Shown here one piece after another: positions 7,053 through 14,817 of a stretch of 24,000 bases of DNA. The position numbers were made by a program, and so were the translations under genes. The DNA is from Candidatus Nanoarchaeia archaeon (GTDB lineage Archaea > Nanobdellota > Nanobdellia > Pacearchaeales > GW2011-AR1). Every line of letters begins with the position of its first letter. Position 1 is the stretch's first letter. The stretch lies in the NCBI GenBank assembly GCA_028711165.1, contig JAQTST010000001.1, positions 454,558-478,557 on the forward strand, written 5' to 3'. Below the pieces are notes generated by a model. That model was not told the origin of the DNA, did not search any database, and worked only from the letters and a program-made list of their open reading frames with translations.

Positions 7053-7862
7053 ATGATTGTAAAGGACGAATTTTTGAGCAGATTAAGAAAAATTTTTGAC
7101 TTAAATCTTTATGAAGTCAAAGTATGGACCGCACTTCTCTCACGGGGAACATCAACTGCAGGGGAATTGAGCAGTATTTCTGATGTCCCAAGAAGCAGAA
7201 CTTATGATATTCTTGAAAGTCTTGAAAAGAAAGGATTTATTTTAATGAAACTTGGCAAGCCGATAAAATTTGTTGCACTGAAACCTGAGGAAGTTATTGA
7301 AAGAGTAAAAAAGAATTTAGTTAAATATGCAAAAGAAAGAACAGAGAGACTTGAGAAACTTCATGATGACGAAGTTCTTGGTGAATTAAATCAATTGTTT
7401 ACAAAAGGAATCAAATTTGTTGAACCTTCTGATTTGTCAGGAAGCCTGAAAGGAAGACAGAACTTGTACAATCATATGGACATGATGATTAGGGGAGCTG
7501 AAAGATCAATCACAATTGTAACAACCAGAGACGGGCTTAACAGAAAGATGGAAGTTCTTATGCCGACGCTGGATAAATGCAAAAAGAGGGGAGTTAAAAT
7601 AAGAATTGCTGCGCCTGTTGACAGCAGTAACATAAGTGTTGCAAAAGAATTCAAGAAAGTTGCAGAGATAAAAGATATTGAAGGAAAAATGAAAGCAAGG
7701 TTTGTAATCATTGACGGAAATCAATTAATGTTCATGCTTCTTGACGACGAGAAATTCCATCCGAATTACGATGTAGGAATCTGGATTAATACTGAATTTT
7801 TTTCTCAGGCACTCGAGCAGATGTTTGACATAATGTGGAAGGATTTGAAAGCAGTTAGATAG
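7053..7862 (+). CDS. TrmB-family transcriptional regulator
   Basis: N-terminal winged HTH LYEVKVWTALLSRGTSTAGELSSISDVPRSRTYDILESLEKKGF, followed by a C-terminal effector-type domain of TrmB-like length. Confidence 0.8.
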   Translation: MIVKDEFLSRLRKIFDLNLYEVKVWTALLSRGTSTAGELSSISDVPRSRTYDILESLEKKGFILMKLGKPIKFVALKPEEVIERVKKNLVKYAKERTERLEKLHDDEVLGELNQLFTKGIKFVEPSDLSGSLKGRQNLYNHMDMMIRGAERSITIVTTRDGLNRKMEVLMPTLDKCKKRGVKIRIAAPVDSSNISVAKEFKKVAEIKDIEGKMKARFVIIDGNQLMFMLLDDEKFHPNYDVGIWINTEFFSQALEQMFDIMWKDLKAVR

Positions 7863-7973
7863 TAGTCTAATCAAGATTACAGAAAGATTTGAAACACACA
7901 AAATAATTCTAATGTATAATTAAAAAAGAATTCTAGAAATATAATAAAAAAAATAAAAAAATAAAAAGGATTT

Positions 7974-8177
7974 TTATTGTTTGAGGACAGCCATTACAGC
8001 ACTGACTATTGTTGTTATAACAACAACCCAGCCGGCTACCTGAGTCACAACCAAGGGTACGTATGTCACCGTGAGTGTTCCCCCCGTCATTCCAAATCCT
8101 ACTGCTAGAGATACAAGAATACCTGTAGCCCATGCAACCAGATTCAAAACATTCTTAACTTGTTTTCCCATTTTCAC
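7974..8177 (-). CDS. Small two-TM membrane protein (67 aa)
   Basis: A strong GGAGGTG Shine-Dalgarno motif lies 5 nt upstream of the ATG. Two Gly/Ala/Val/Thr-rich helices. Local GC is clearly above the flanking DNA. The overlapping ORF 7933..8133 is rejected. Confidence 0.6.
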   Translation of the reverse strand: MKMGKQVKNVLNLVAWATGILVSLAVGFGMTGGTLTVTYVPLVVTQVAGWVVVITTIVSAVMAVLKQ

Positions 8178-8239
8178 CTCCTTTTTATTCGAGCCCTATG
8201 ATAATATTAATAAAAAATAGTTTAAATAATTTTTGCTAT

Positions 8240-9922
8240 TCACATTTCTTCTGCAACTTCTATTCCCAAGAGATAAAGAGAATTTTTTATTGTTGTTCTG
8301 AATGCGTCGACAAGTAATAACCGAAATGCTTCTGATTTGTCGCCGATGACAGGACAGGTGTGATAGAACTCATTAAAAATTTGTGCAAGTTCAAAAGAAT
8401 AATTTGCAATCAAGCCGGGATTAAGTGATTGTTCGGAGTTGATTACAATTTCCGGGAACATTGAAATTTTTTTTACAAGATTATTTTCTGCTGGAGTCAA
8501 ATTGAGAATTTTTATTTTTGACTTGTTAAATTTTCCTGCTTTTTTTATTATTGATGACGCACGGGCATAACTATACTGGATGTAAGGGCCAGAATCTCCC
8601 TCGAAGTTCAAAGCCTGCTCCCATGAAAACTGGACATCTGCCGACGGAGAAGATTTTAAAACAACATATTTCACTGCACCGACGCCAACTTTCTCAGCAT
8701 CGCCTTTTGTTTTTCTTTTCCTGATTTCTTTTTCTGCTTTTTCGATTGTCTTTTTCAAAACATCTTCCAGTAAAATAATATCTCCTGTTCTCGTCGCAAT
8801 TATTTCTTTTCCAAATCTTATTGTTCCGAAAGGAAGATGAACAAGCTTGTCTGAGAAGTCATAACCAAATAATTTTAAGATTTTGAATAATTTATCGAAG
8901 TGGTCTTTTTGCCTGAAATCTGTTACATAAATCATTTTTTCGAAATTATATTTTTTGTATCGCTCGACTGCTGCGCCGATATCATAAGTTATATACGACG
9001 CTGTCTGATTTGAACGGAGTATGAATTTTTTCTGTCTGTCAATTTCTACGTAAACTGCTCCGTCTTTTTCTGACCTGGCAATATTTTTCAGCAAAGCATT
9101 TGTTACGATTTTTTTCCCGTGCTCTGAAAATTCGCTTTGCCCGACGGTTTCATTAAAATCTACATTCAGCATTTCGTAAACTTTGTTGAAACCTTTTTCT
9201 GAAGATTTTCTTATATCGTGCCAAATTTTTTCTGTGTTCTTGTCTCCGAGTTCCAATAATTTTAATTTTTCTTTTGCTCTGTTTGTCCATTCATTATCCT
9301 GAAATTCTTCTTCAACTCCCTCGGTAAGTTTGGATTTTTCTTTCGCACAGAATTTTACATAAAGCCTCAGCAATTCCTGGACAGGATTTTTTTTCAGCGC
9401 ATCTTTATCCAGCCACAATTCATAAGCGACAATCAATTTTCCGATGTGAAGTCCAATATCACCGAGATAATTCACACCAATTGAATCATAACCTAAAAAG
9501 CTGTAAATTCTCATCAGGGAATCTCCGAGGATTGTCGAACGAATATGTCCGATATGCATTGGCTTCCCAATATTCGGCGCTGAAAAATCAATCACAATTT
9601 TTTTATTTTTTCCTATCGGCGATTTTCCAAAATTAGAATTTATTTTTATAATCTGTTCTGCCAGAATTTTCTTGTTTACAAAAAAGTTCAGATAGGGGCC
9701 TTTGCTTTCCACTTTTTCTATTTCTCCGGGAAGTTTTATTTTTTCTGTTAAATGTTCTGCAATTTTGTCAGGAGATTTTTTTTCTTTTTTTGACAGGATA
9801 AAACAGGGAAAAGAATAATCGCCAAAATCTGAAGAAGGGGGAACTTCAATTAATTTTTCAATTTCACTATCTTTCAAAGTTATCCCTGATTTTTTCAGAA
9901 TTTGAATAATTATCTCTTTCAT
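8240..9922 (-). CDS. argS: Arginyl-tRNA synthetase
   Basis: FSAPNIGKPMHIGHIRSTILGD (HIGH region), the ArgRS-type anticodon-binding C-terminal domain, and the characteristic C-terminal Met. Confidence 0.95.
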   Translation of the reverse strand: MKEIIIQILKKSGITLKDSEIEKLIEVPPSSDFGDYSFPCFILSKKEKKSPDKIAEHLTEKIKLPGEIEKVESKGPYLNFFVNKKILAEQIIKINSNFGKSPIGKNKKIVIDFSAPNIGKPMHIGHIRSTILGDSLMRIYSFLGYDSIGVNYLGDIGLHIGKLIVAYELWLDKDALKKNPVQELLRLYVKFCAKEKSKLTEGVEEEFQDNEWTNRAKEKLKLLELGDKNTEKIWHDIRKSSEKGFNKVYEMLNVDFNETVGQSEFSEHGKKIVTNALLKNIARSEKDGAVYVEIDRQKKFILRSNQTASYITYDIGAAVERYKKYNFEKMIYVTDFRQKDHFDKLFKILKLFGYDFSDKLVHLPFGTIRFGKEIIATRTGDIILLEDVLKKTIEKAEKEIRKRKTKGDAEKVGVGAVKYVVLKSSPSADVQFSWEQALNFEGDSGPYIQYSYARASSIIKKAGKFNKSKIKILNLTPAENNLVKKISMFPEIVINSEQSLNPGLIANYSFELAQIFNEFYHTCPVIGDKSEAFRLLLVDAFRTTIKNSLYLLGIEVAEEM

Positions 9923-9961
9923 AATTTTCTAAAGAAAGATTTATTTTTATATGTATTGAAA

Positions 9962-10369
9962 TTATTTCTTAGAAAATGCTCTTTTCGCTTCTTTGTTGAA
10001 TAATAAATATCCGATGGTAGCGCCATTTATTGCAAGATAGATTATGCCGTTCGCAATATGAGATGCAATTATAGAAACTCCCGCAAGAACTCCTAATGCT
10101 GAAATGATTATTGCAACAATTTTTGCCCAGTTTTTTATCTTCCATAAACCTCTTCCGACGAGGAAAGCCAATCCCCCGACGATTAATACAAATATTCCCA
10201 TAAAAGCAAAAAAACCACTTCCTAATTCACTAAGAATAGGAATTTCAAGAGAGCCAATTATGCCACCGCTAAATAAAAATAACAATCCGAATAAAGCTGC
10301 ACTGCCTGCACCGATGTAGTATAAAATAGAAATTATTTTAACACCGATTGGAATATTTTTCCCAGCCAT
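9962..10369 (-). CDS. Integral membrane protein, about 4 TM helices (135 aa)
   Basis: Four clear hydrophobic helices and a basic C-terminus. No family recognised. Confidence 0.6.
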   Translation of the reverse strand: MAGKNIPIGVKIISILYYIGAGSAALFGLLFLFSGGIIGSLEIPILSELGSGFFAFMGIFVLIVGGLAFLVGRGLWKIKNWAKIVAIIISALGVLAGVSIIASHIANGIIYLAINGATIGYLLFNKEAKRAFSKK

Positions 10370-10397
10370 TTAATTTTTAAGAAAAGATACTATAAAA

Positions 10398-11336
10398 ATG
10401 TTAGCAAAGTATAAAAATGAATATGTATTATCAATATTTATGGAAGAGGAAAAAAATATCTATGACGTTATAATCGTCGGGGCTGGGCCTGCGGGACTGA
10501 CATCTGCATTATTTTCTGTCCGTGACGGACTTAAGACGCTGGTAGTTGCGAGAACTCTCGGGGGGACTGCAAATTCAATTTTGAAATTAGAAAACTGGCC
10601 AGGATACAAGGGAACAGGAATTGAACTAATGAAAAATTTTTATGAACAATTGAAATCGTATCCTATTGAAGTTATCGTCGACGATGTTCAGAGCGTTGAG
10701 AAAAAGGGAGAGGGATTTGTTATAAAAACTTCGAGCAAAGAATTTGGAACAAAAACATTAATTTTAGCGACAGGAACAAAAAGGGAAAACAAAATTCCTG
10801 GTGAGGAAAAATTCGTTGGAAAAGGAGTTAGCTACTGCGCAACGTGTGATGCATTTTTTTTCAAGGATAAGACAATAGCAATCGTTGTCTGGGAAGATTC
10901 CAGTGCTGAAGAAATTATTACCCTCGCAAATCTCGCGCAGAAAGTTTATGTGGTATGCGACAAGAAATTTAAGGCTAAAAGAGAATTGAAGAAAGTTAAG
11001 AAAAAAATTGAGATTATGAACAATTCTGTTCTTACAGAAATAAAGGGAGAAGACAAGGTTCAAGGCCTGATGATAAAAGACAGGAAAGGAGAAAAAGAAA
11101 TAAATGTCGACGGAGTTTTTATCGTAATTGGCGCAACTCCAATTACTGAGTTTGCAAAAAAACTGAAACTGAAGATGAACAAAGAAAATTTTATCGTCGT
11201 TAATGAAGGGATGGAAACTTCTGTCAAGGGAATTTTTGCTGCAGGAGACGTGATAAATTCTACAATAAAAGGAGTTCTGACTTCATCGGCGCAGGGAGCA
11301 ATTGCTGCGAAAAATGCCGAGGAATTTTTGCAATGA
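10398..11336 (+). CDS. trxB: Thioredoxin-reductase-like flavoprotein (CATC redox centre). The true start is probably M15 at 10440
   Basis: FAD motif YDVIIVGAGPAG, redox-active CATC, and C-terminal GIFAAGD. The second dinucleotide-binding motif is degenerate (see findings). Confidence 0.85.
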   Translation: MLAKYKNEYVLSIFMEEEKNIYDVIIVGAGPAGLTSALFSVRDGLKTLVVARTLGGTANSILKLENWPGYKGTGIELMKNFYEQLKSYPIEVIVDDVQSVEKKGEGFVIKTSSKEFGTKTLILATGTKRENKIPGEEKFVGKGVSYCATCDAFFFKDKTIAIVVWEDSSAEEIITLANLAQKVYVVCDKKFKAKRELKKVKKKIEIMNNSVLTEIKGEDKVQGLMIKDRKGEKEINVDGVFIVIGATPITEFAKKLKLKMNKENFIVVNEGMETSVKGIFAAGDVINSTIKGVLTSSAQGAIAAKNAEEFLQ

Positions 11337-11698
11337 GTTTTTTTGGTTGTCTGTTGAAATATTTTGACAGCAGATATGATATGGGAAGAATGATGAGGAT
11401 TTATGATTACATTATGAATAATAACCAAATAAATATCTCGGGATATTCCTCGGGAAAAGCAGGATTCCAGAAAAAAAATGTTTCCCAGAATCTTTATCTT
11501 AACAGAGATTATTTGCTGATGAGAAATCAGGAAAGAAAATGCAACAGCAGATGCACGGCGATTCCAAAAAATAGATTAGAAAATAGGATTATGAAAAATA
11601 TTGTTAAAGAAATAAATGCCGAAAGAAAACAAAAAATTAAAGAAAGTTTTTCCAGAAAGATTAAAAGCAGAAGATGGGCGAAGAGACACCATAAATAA
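11333..11698 (+). CDS. Questionable ORF encoding a very basic protein (121 aa)
   Basis: ATGA overlap with the trxB stop. Lys/Arg-rich C-terminus. No domain recognised. It could be non-coding. Confidence 0.3.
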   Translation: MSFFGCLLKYFDSRYDMGRMMRIYDYIMNNNQINISGYSSGKAGFQKKNVSQNLYLNRDYLLMRNQERKCNSRCTAIPKNRLENRIMKNIVKEINAERKQKIKESFSRKIKSRRWAKRHHK

Positions 11699-11732
11699 AA
11701 ACATTTATAACTGATTCTTTTATGAAATATTT

Positions 11733-11963
11733 ATGACAGAAATAAAAAAAGACAAACTTGAAGATGCGCTGAACAGCGAGAGAACTGAACAGCCAAAAGT
11801 CAGCAAAGACATGGAAATTGGTTTTCACCAAGGAGCTTTGAATACTTTAGTTAACGAGAGAAATGAGATGATAAGAATGATTCAGCAGATTGAACAAGTC
11901 ATGCAGGCGCACATTAAGAGACTTGAAGAACTAGGTGTGAAGATTAAGACAGGGAAAGAATAA
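11733..11963 (+). CDS. Small coiled-coil protein (76 aa)
   Basis: ORF with an AT-rich TATA-like element (CATTTATAAC) about 30 nt upstream. Heptad-like helical sequence. No domain recognised. Confidence 0.5.
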   Translation: MTEIKKDKLEDALNSERTEQPKVSKDMEIGFHQGALNTLVNERNEMIRMIQQIEQVMQAHIKRLEELGVKIKTGKE

Positions 11964-12016
11964 TTCTAAAATTAAATGTAGTCAATCCAAAAATTAATTT
12001 GTTTAACAACAACACA

Positions 12017-12089
12017 AGCCTCAGATGAGGATTGAACTCATGACCTCCAGTTTACGAAACTGGCGCTCTGCCAACTGAGCTACTGAGGC
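12017..12089 (-). tRNA. tRNA-Thr(CGU)
   Basis: Reverse complement folds as GCCTCAG-TA-GCTC-AGTTGGC-AGAGC-G-CCAGT-TTCGTAA-ACTGG-AGGTC-ATGAG-TTCAATC-CTCAT-CTGAGGC-T. This is a perfect cloverleaf with anticodon CGT. Confidence 0.95.
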
Positions 12090-12145
12090 GCGAAGACACC
12101 AAGGTTTCTTTCGCTTAATCTTCCTTTTATTAGAATTCTAAAAGT

Positions 12146-12155
12146 TTTTATATAG
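12146..12155 (+). promoter_or_regulatory. Candidate archaeal TATA box (with an AAAAG BRE-like purine run upstream) for tRNA-Leu
   Basis: TTTTTATATA lies at -32 to -23 relative to the tRNA 5' end at 12178. Confidence 0.4.
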
Positions 12156-12177
12156 TTCGTTTTTGATAAATATATAG

Positions 12178-12261
12178 GCGGGTGTGCCAGAGTGGTCAAA
12201 TGGGTAGGACTTAAGATCCTATGGCTTAGTGCCTTCGAAGGTTCGAATCCTTTCACCCGCA
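12178..12261 (+). tRNA. tRNA-Leu(UAA)
   Basis: Acceptor GCGGGTG pairs with CACCCGC, discriminator A. Anticodon arm TAGGA-CTTAAGA-TCCTA. Long variable arm. T arm GAAGG-TTCGAAT-CCTTT. Confidence 0.95.
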
Positions 12262-12361
12262 TAAATAAGGGTGAATGAAAATTGAAAATTTGACTTCATC
12301 CGCATCAATATTCTAAAATTTTAAAACAAAGTTTTATAAACGATTTTTTCTGGGGAACTTT

Positions 12362-13057
12362 ATGACAAAATTAGAGAAAATATTGAGCAAAAGTTTGAAG
12401 GCAGTTCTGGCTTTTTCGTTAATGTCATTCGCACAAGTGAAATTATCTGTAGATGAAATGCCGAAAAAATATCCTTATATTCCTTATCCTCCGACGACAA
12501 TTGAAGAAAAACTTGCAACACCGCAAGGACTTAAAGAATATATTTGTCCTGATGAAAGAGTTTTGGCGAGAACCAGAAAATTAATAGGCACCAAAGTACC
12601 AAGAGGAGAAGATATATGCTGCTGGACTGCAGTCAAACATGTTTATGACAGTGCAGGAGTTTTGATGAATTGCGTTTATGCAGTCAGCGGGGGGGAAAGC
12701 TATAAATTCAAGAATAAAGAAACTATGAATCAATATGAGCATATAACTGTCGGAGAGACAAGAATAAACGGCAGACTGGTTATTGAACCAATTTCTCCCT
12801 CAAGATGCCTTAGTACAGACGCAAGAAAAAAATTAGATTATATTTCTCCAGGAGACATTTTGTCATATGTTTTCGACGGCAAAACAGGACACAGTGTAAT
12901 TTTTATGGGGTGGAAAGACAAGAAGAATAAAATTGCAGAATTATTTGACTGGAGAGGAACAGATTCGCAGGGAAAAATGCATTATTATCAAACATTTGAA
13001 GAAGATATCGGCGATGGCCACAATCCTGTTTTTCTAATCTGGAAACCGAGATTTTAA
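12362..13057 (+). CDS. Secreted protein, putative papain-fold (NlpC/P60- or CHAP-like) cysteine hydrolase
   Basis: N-terminal signal peptide (LKAVLAFSLMSFAQ). Candidate catalytic Cys in EDICCWTAVKHVY and candidate His in PGDILSYVFDGKTGHSVIFMGW. The spacing and motif style resemble the NlpC/P60 and CHAP superfamilies. Confidence 0.45.
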   Translation: MTKLEKILSKSLKAVLAFSLMSFAQVKLSVDEMPKKYPYIPYPPTTIEEKLATPQGLKEYICPDERVLARTRKLIGTKVPRGEDICCWTAVKHVYDSAGVLMNCVYAVSGGESYKFKNKETMNQYEHITVGETRINGRLVIEPISPSRCLSTDARKKLDYISPGDILSYVFDGKTGHSVIFMGWKDKKNKIAELFDWRGTDSQGKMHYYQTFEEDIGDGHNPVFLIWKPRF

Positions 13058-13449
13058 TAATTTAAAGGAAATCTCAAGTAAATTCCAAATCCTATTGAAT
13101 TATTCTGGCTTTCAAAATAAATGTGATTAAAAGGATTGCATTCGGCTTTCAAAGATAAATCAGGGGTGAGTCTTAACTCAAACCCCGAATCGATATTAAA
13201 AGTTGGTTTATTCAAATAAGGCAAAAATGATTTTATCATACTGTTAACTGAAATTCCAACACCAGCATATCCGACACCTTTGAATGAAACATTTTGTTTT
13301 GGATTAAGAATGCCATTTGAAATAATTTTTTCTGAAAGTGGTTTGTAAACTGGAACGGGATTTGGGATAGATTCATCTGCAGGCAGTTTAGCAGAGCCAA
13401 GAAGAAATCCTGATAATGCAAGAATCTGCAGTCCTTTTTTATTTGTCAT
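13054..13449 (-). CDS. Small secreted beta-rich protein (131 aa)
   Basis: Signal peptide (LQILALSGFLLGSA), alternating beta-strand-like pattern, aromatic C-terminus (...RFPLNY). It overlaps the convergent gene by 4 nt. Confidence 0.5.
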   Translation of the reverse strand: MTNKKGLQILALSGFLLGSAKLPADESIPNPVPVYKPLSEKIISNGILNPKQNVSFKGVGYAGVGISVNSMIKSFLPYLNKPTFNIDSGFELRLTPDLSLKAECNPFNHIYFESQNNSIGFGIYLRFPLNY

Positions 13450-13523
13450 TGAAATTTAGATTAGAATAGATATATAAATTTTATCGTAATAAAGAATATA
13501 ATCTTTCAATATTTCAGAAGAAA

Positions 13524-14303
13524 ATGAAAAGAAAAAGAGAAATTATTTTGCTGGGTATTTTGATATTGCTGATGTTTGTTATAAATTACAGCTTTGTTGA
13601 TAATGCGGTTGTTGAATTTCTTGACGATTATGAAACAACGATTGTGGAAAGAGTTATCGACGGTGACACGATTGTCGTCGGGAATGACACCCATGTGAGA
13701 CTGCTGGGAATTAACACGCCTGAAAAAGGGGAGAAATATTACAATGAAGCGAAAAATTTTTTATCGATGGTAATTCTCAACAAGACAGTTGAATTAAGGT
13801 TTGGAAAAGAGAGATATGACAGATACGGAAGAGAACTTGCTTACGTGTTTTATAATGATGCAAATGTAAATCTGGAATTAGTCGACGAGGGCTATGCGAA
13901 TTTTTATTTTCCGTCGGGAAAAGATGAATATTATGACAGGGCTGTAAAAAATTGGGAGCACTGCATTTCAAATAACAAATATCTCTGCGAAAAATCCGAC
14001 GACAAATGTGCTGACTGCGTTGAGTTGGAAGAATTTGAAAATCAGGAAGTTATCTTCGGAAATAATTGCAATTTTGAATGTGATTTAACCGGCTGGAGCA
14101 TTAAAGATGAAGGGAGGAAGAAATTTATTTTTGGGGATTTTGTTCTTGAAAAAAATAAAGAAGTGAAAATCATCGTCGGCAACAAGACAAACAGCAACGG
14201 CATTTTGTACTGGAAGAATGAAGATTATGTCTGGACAGAAACAGGAGACACTTTATTTTTGCGAGATAAAGGGGGGAAGCTGGTTTTGTGGAAGAAATAT
14301 TAG
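13524..14303 (+). CDS. Membrane-anchored extracellular thermonuclease (SNase fold) fused to a lamin-tail-like domain
   Basis: N-terminal TM anchor. SNase motifs VIDGDTIVV, VRLLGINTPE, YDRYGRELAYVF and NLELVDEGYA. The C-terminal part CDLTGWSIKDEGRKKFIFGDFVLEKNKEVKIIVG resembles the LTD domain. Confidence 0.8.
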   Translation: MKRKREIILLGILILLMFVINYSFVDNAVVEFLDDYETTIVERVIDGDTIVVGNDTHVRLLGINTPEKGEKYYNEAKNFLSMVILNKTVELRFGKERYDRYGRELAYVFYNDANVNLELVDEGYANFYFPSGKDEYYDRAVKNWEHCISNNKYLCEKSDDKCADCVELEEFENQEVIFGNNCNFECDLTGWSIKDEGRKKFIFGDFVLEKNKEVKIIVGNKTNSNGILYWKNEDYVWTETGDTLFLRDKGGKLVLWKKY

Positions 14304-14342
14304 CACAATAAAACTAATAAACTTCAAACGTTTAGAGAGATA

Positions 14343-14633
14343 ATGAGAAAATTAATCTCTCTCGTCGGAGGATTGGTATTTTTAACGAGCCCATTGTTTT
14401 CTCAGGAAATAAAACCTGCAGAAGACCCATATAAATTTATCCCGAAGGGGACAGAATGCTATCATTTAGATATTGATGGGGATGGGAAAATAGAAATTTA
14501 CTGGTGGGACAAAAATGAAAATTTCGAGATGGAAGATGATGAAATTTTTATAGATTTGAACGGTGATGAAATTCCGGACTGCAATTATTCTGATTACAAA
14601 GAGTGGAAAAAATTATCCGAAACTCTTGCTTAG
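14343..14633 (+). CDS. Small secreted protein with two DxDxDG-type Ca2+-binding loops (EF-hand- or dockerin-like)
   Basis: Signal peptide LVFLTSPLFSQ. Loops DIDGDGKIE and DLNGDEIPD lie about 28 residues apart. Confidence 0.55.
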   Translation: MRKLISLVGGLVFLTSPLFSQEIKPAEDPYKFIPKGTECYHLDIDGDGKIEIYWWDKNENFEMEDDEIFIDLNGDEIPDCNYSDYKEWKKLSETLA

Positions 14634-14817
14634 TGATTGTAAATATATTTATCAATCATAATAATGCTTTTAAATAAAAACCTTAATTATATTTTATGGG
14701 TGCTAAAAAGGGTACAATTTTCTATTTACAATTTCATGGTTATACGTGTAACAATATCGATATAACAAATCTGTTTCGCAGAAGATTTGAAATACAGATG
14801 AAAGGAGGTTTAAAAAA

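Noticed and set aside
7933-8133. Alternative 66-aa minus-strand ORF overlapping the small membrane gene
   Set aside because: It has no SD motif and its sequence is Cys/Ser/Gly-rich and implausible. The 7974..8177 frame has a strong SD and coherent TM helices.
12080-12262. 60-aa minus-strand ORF
   Set aside because: It lies across the tRNA-Thr / tRNA-Leu interval and overlaps both tRNA genes, so it is an artefact of GC-rich tRNA sequence.
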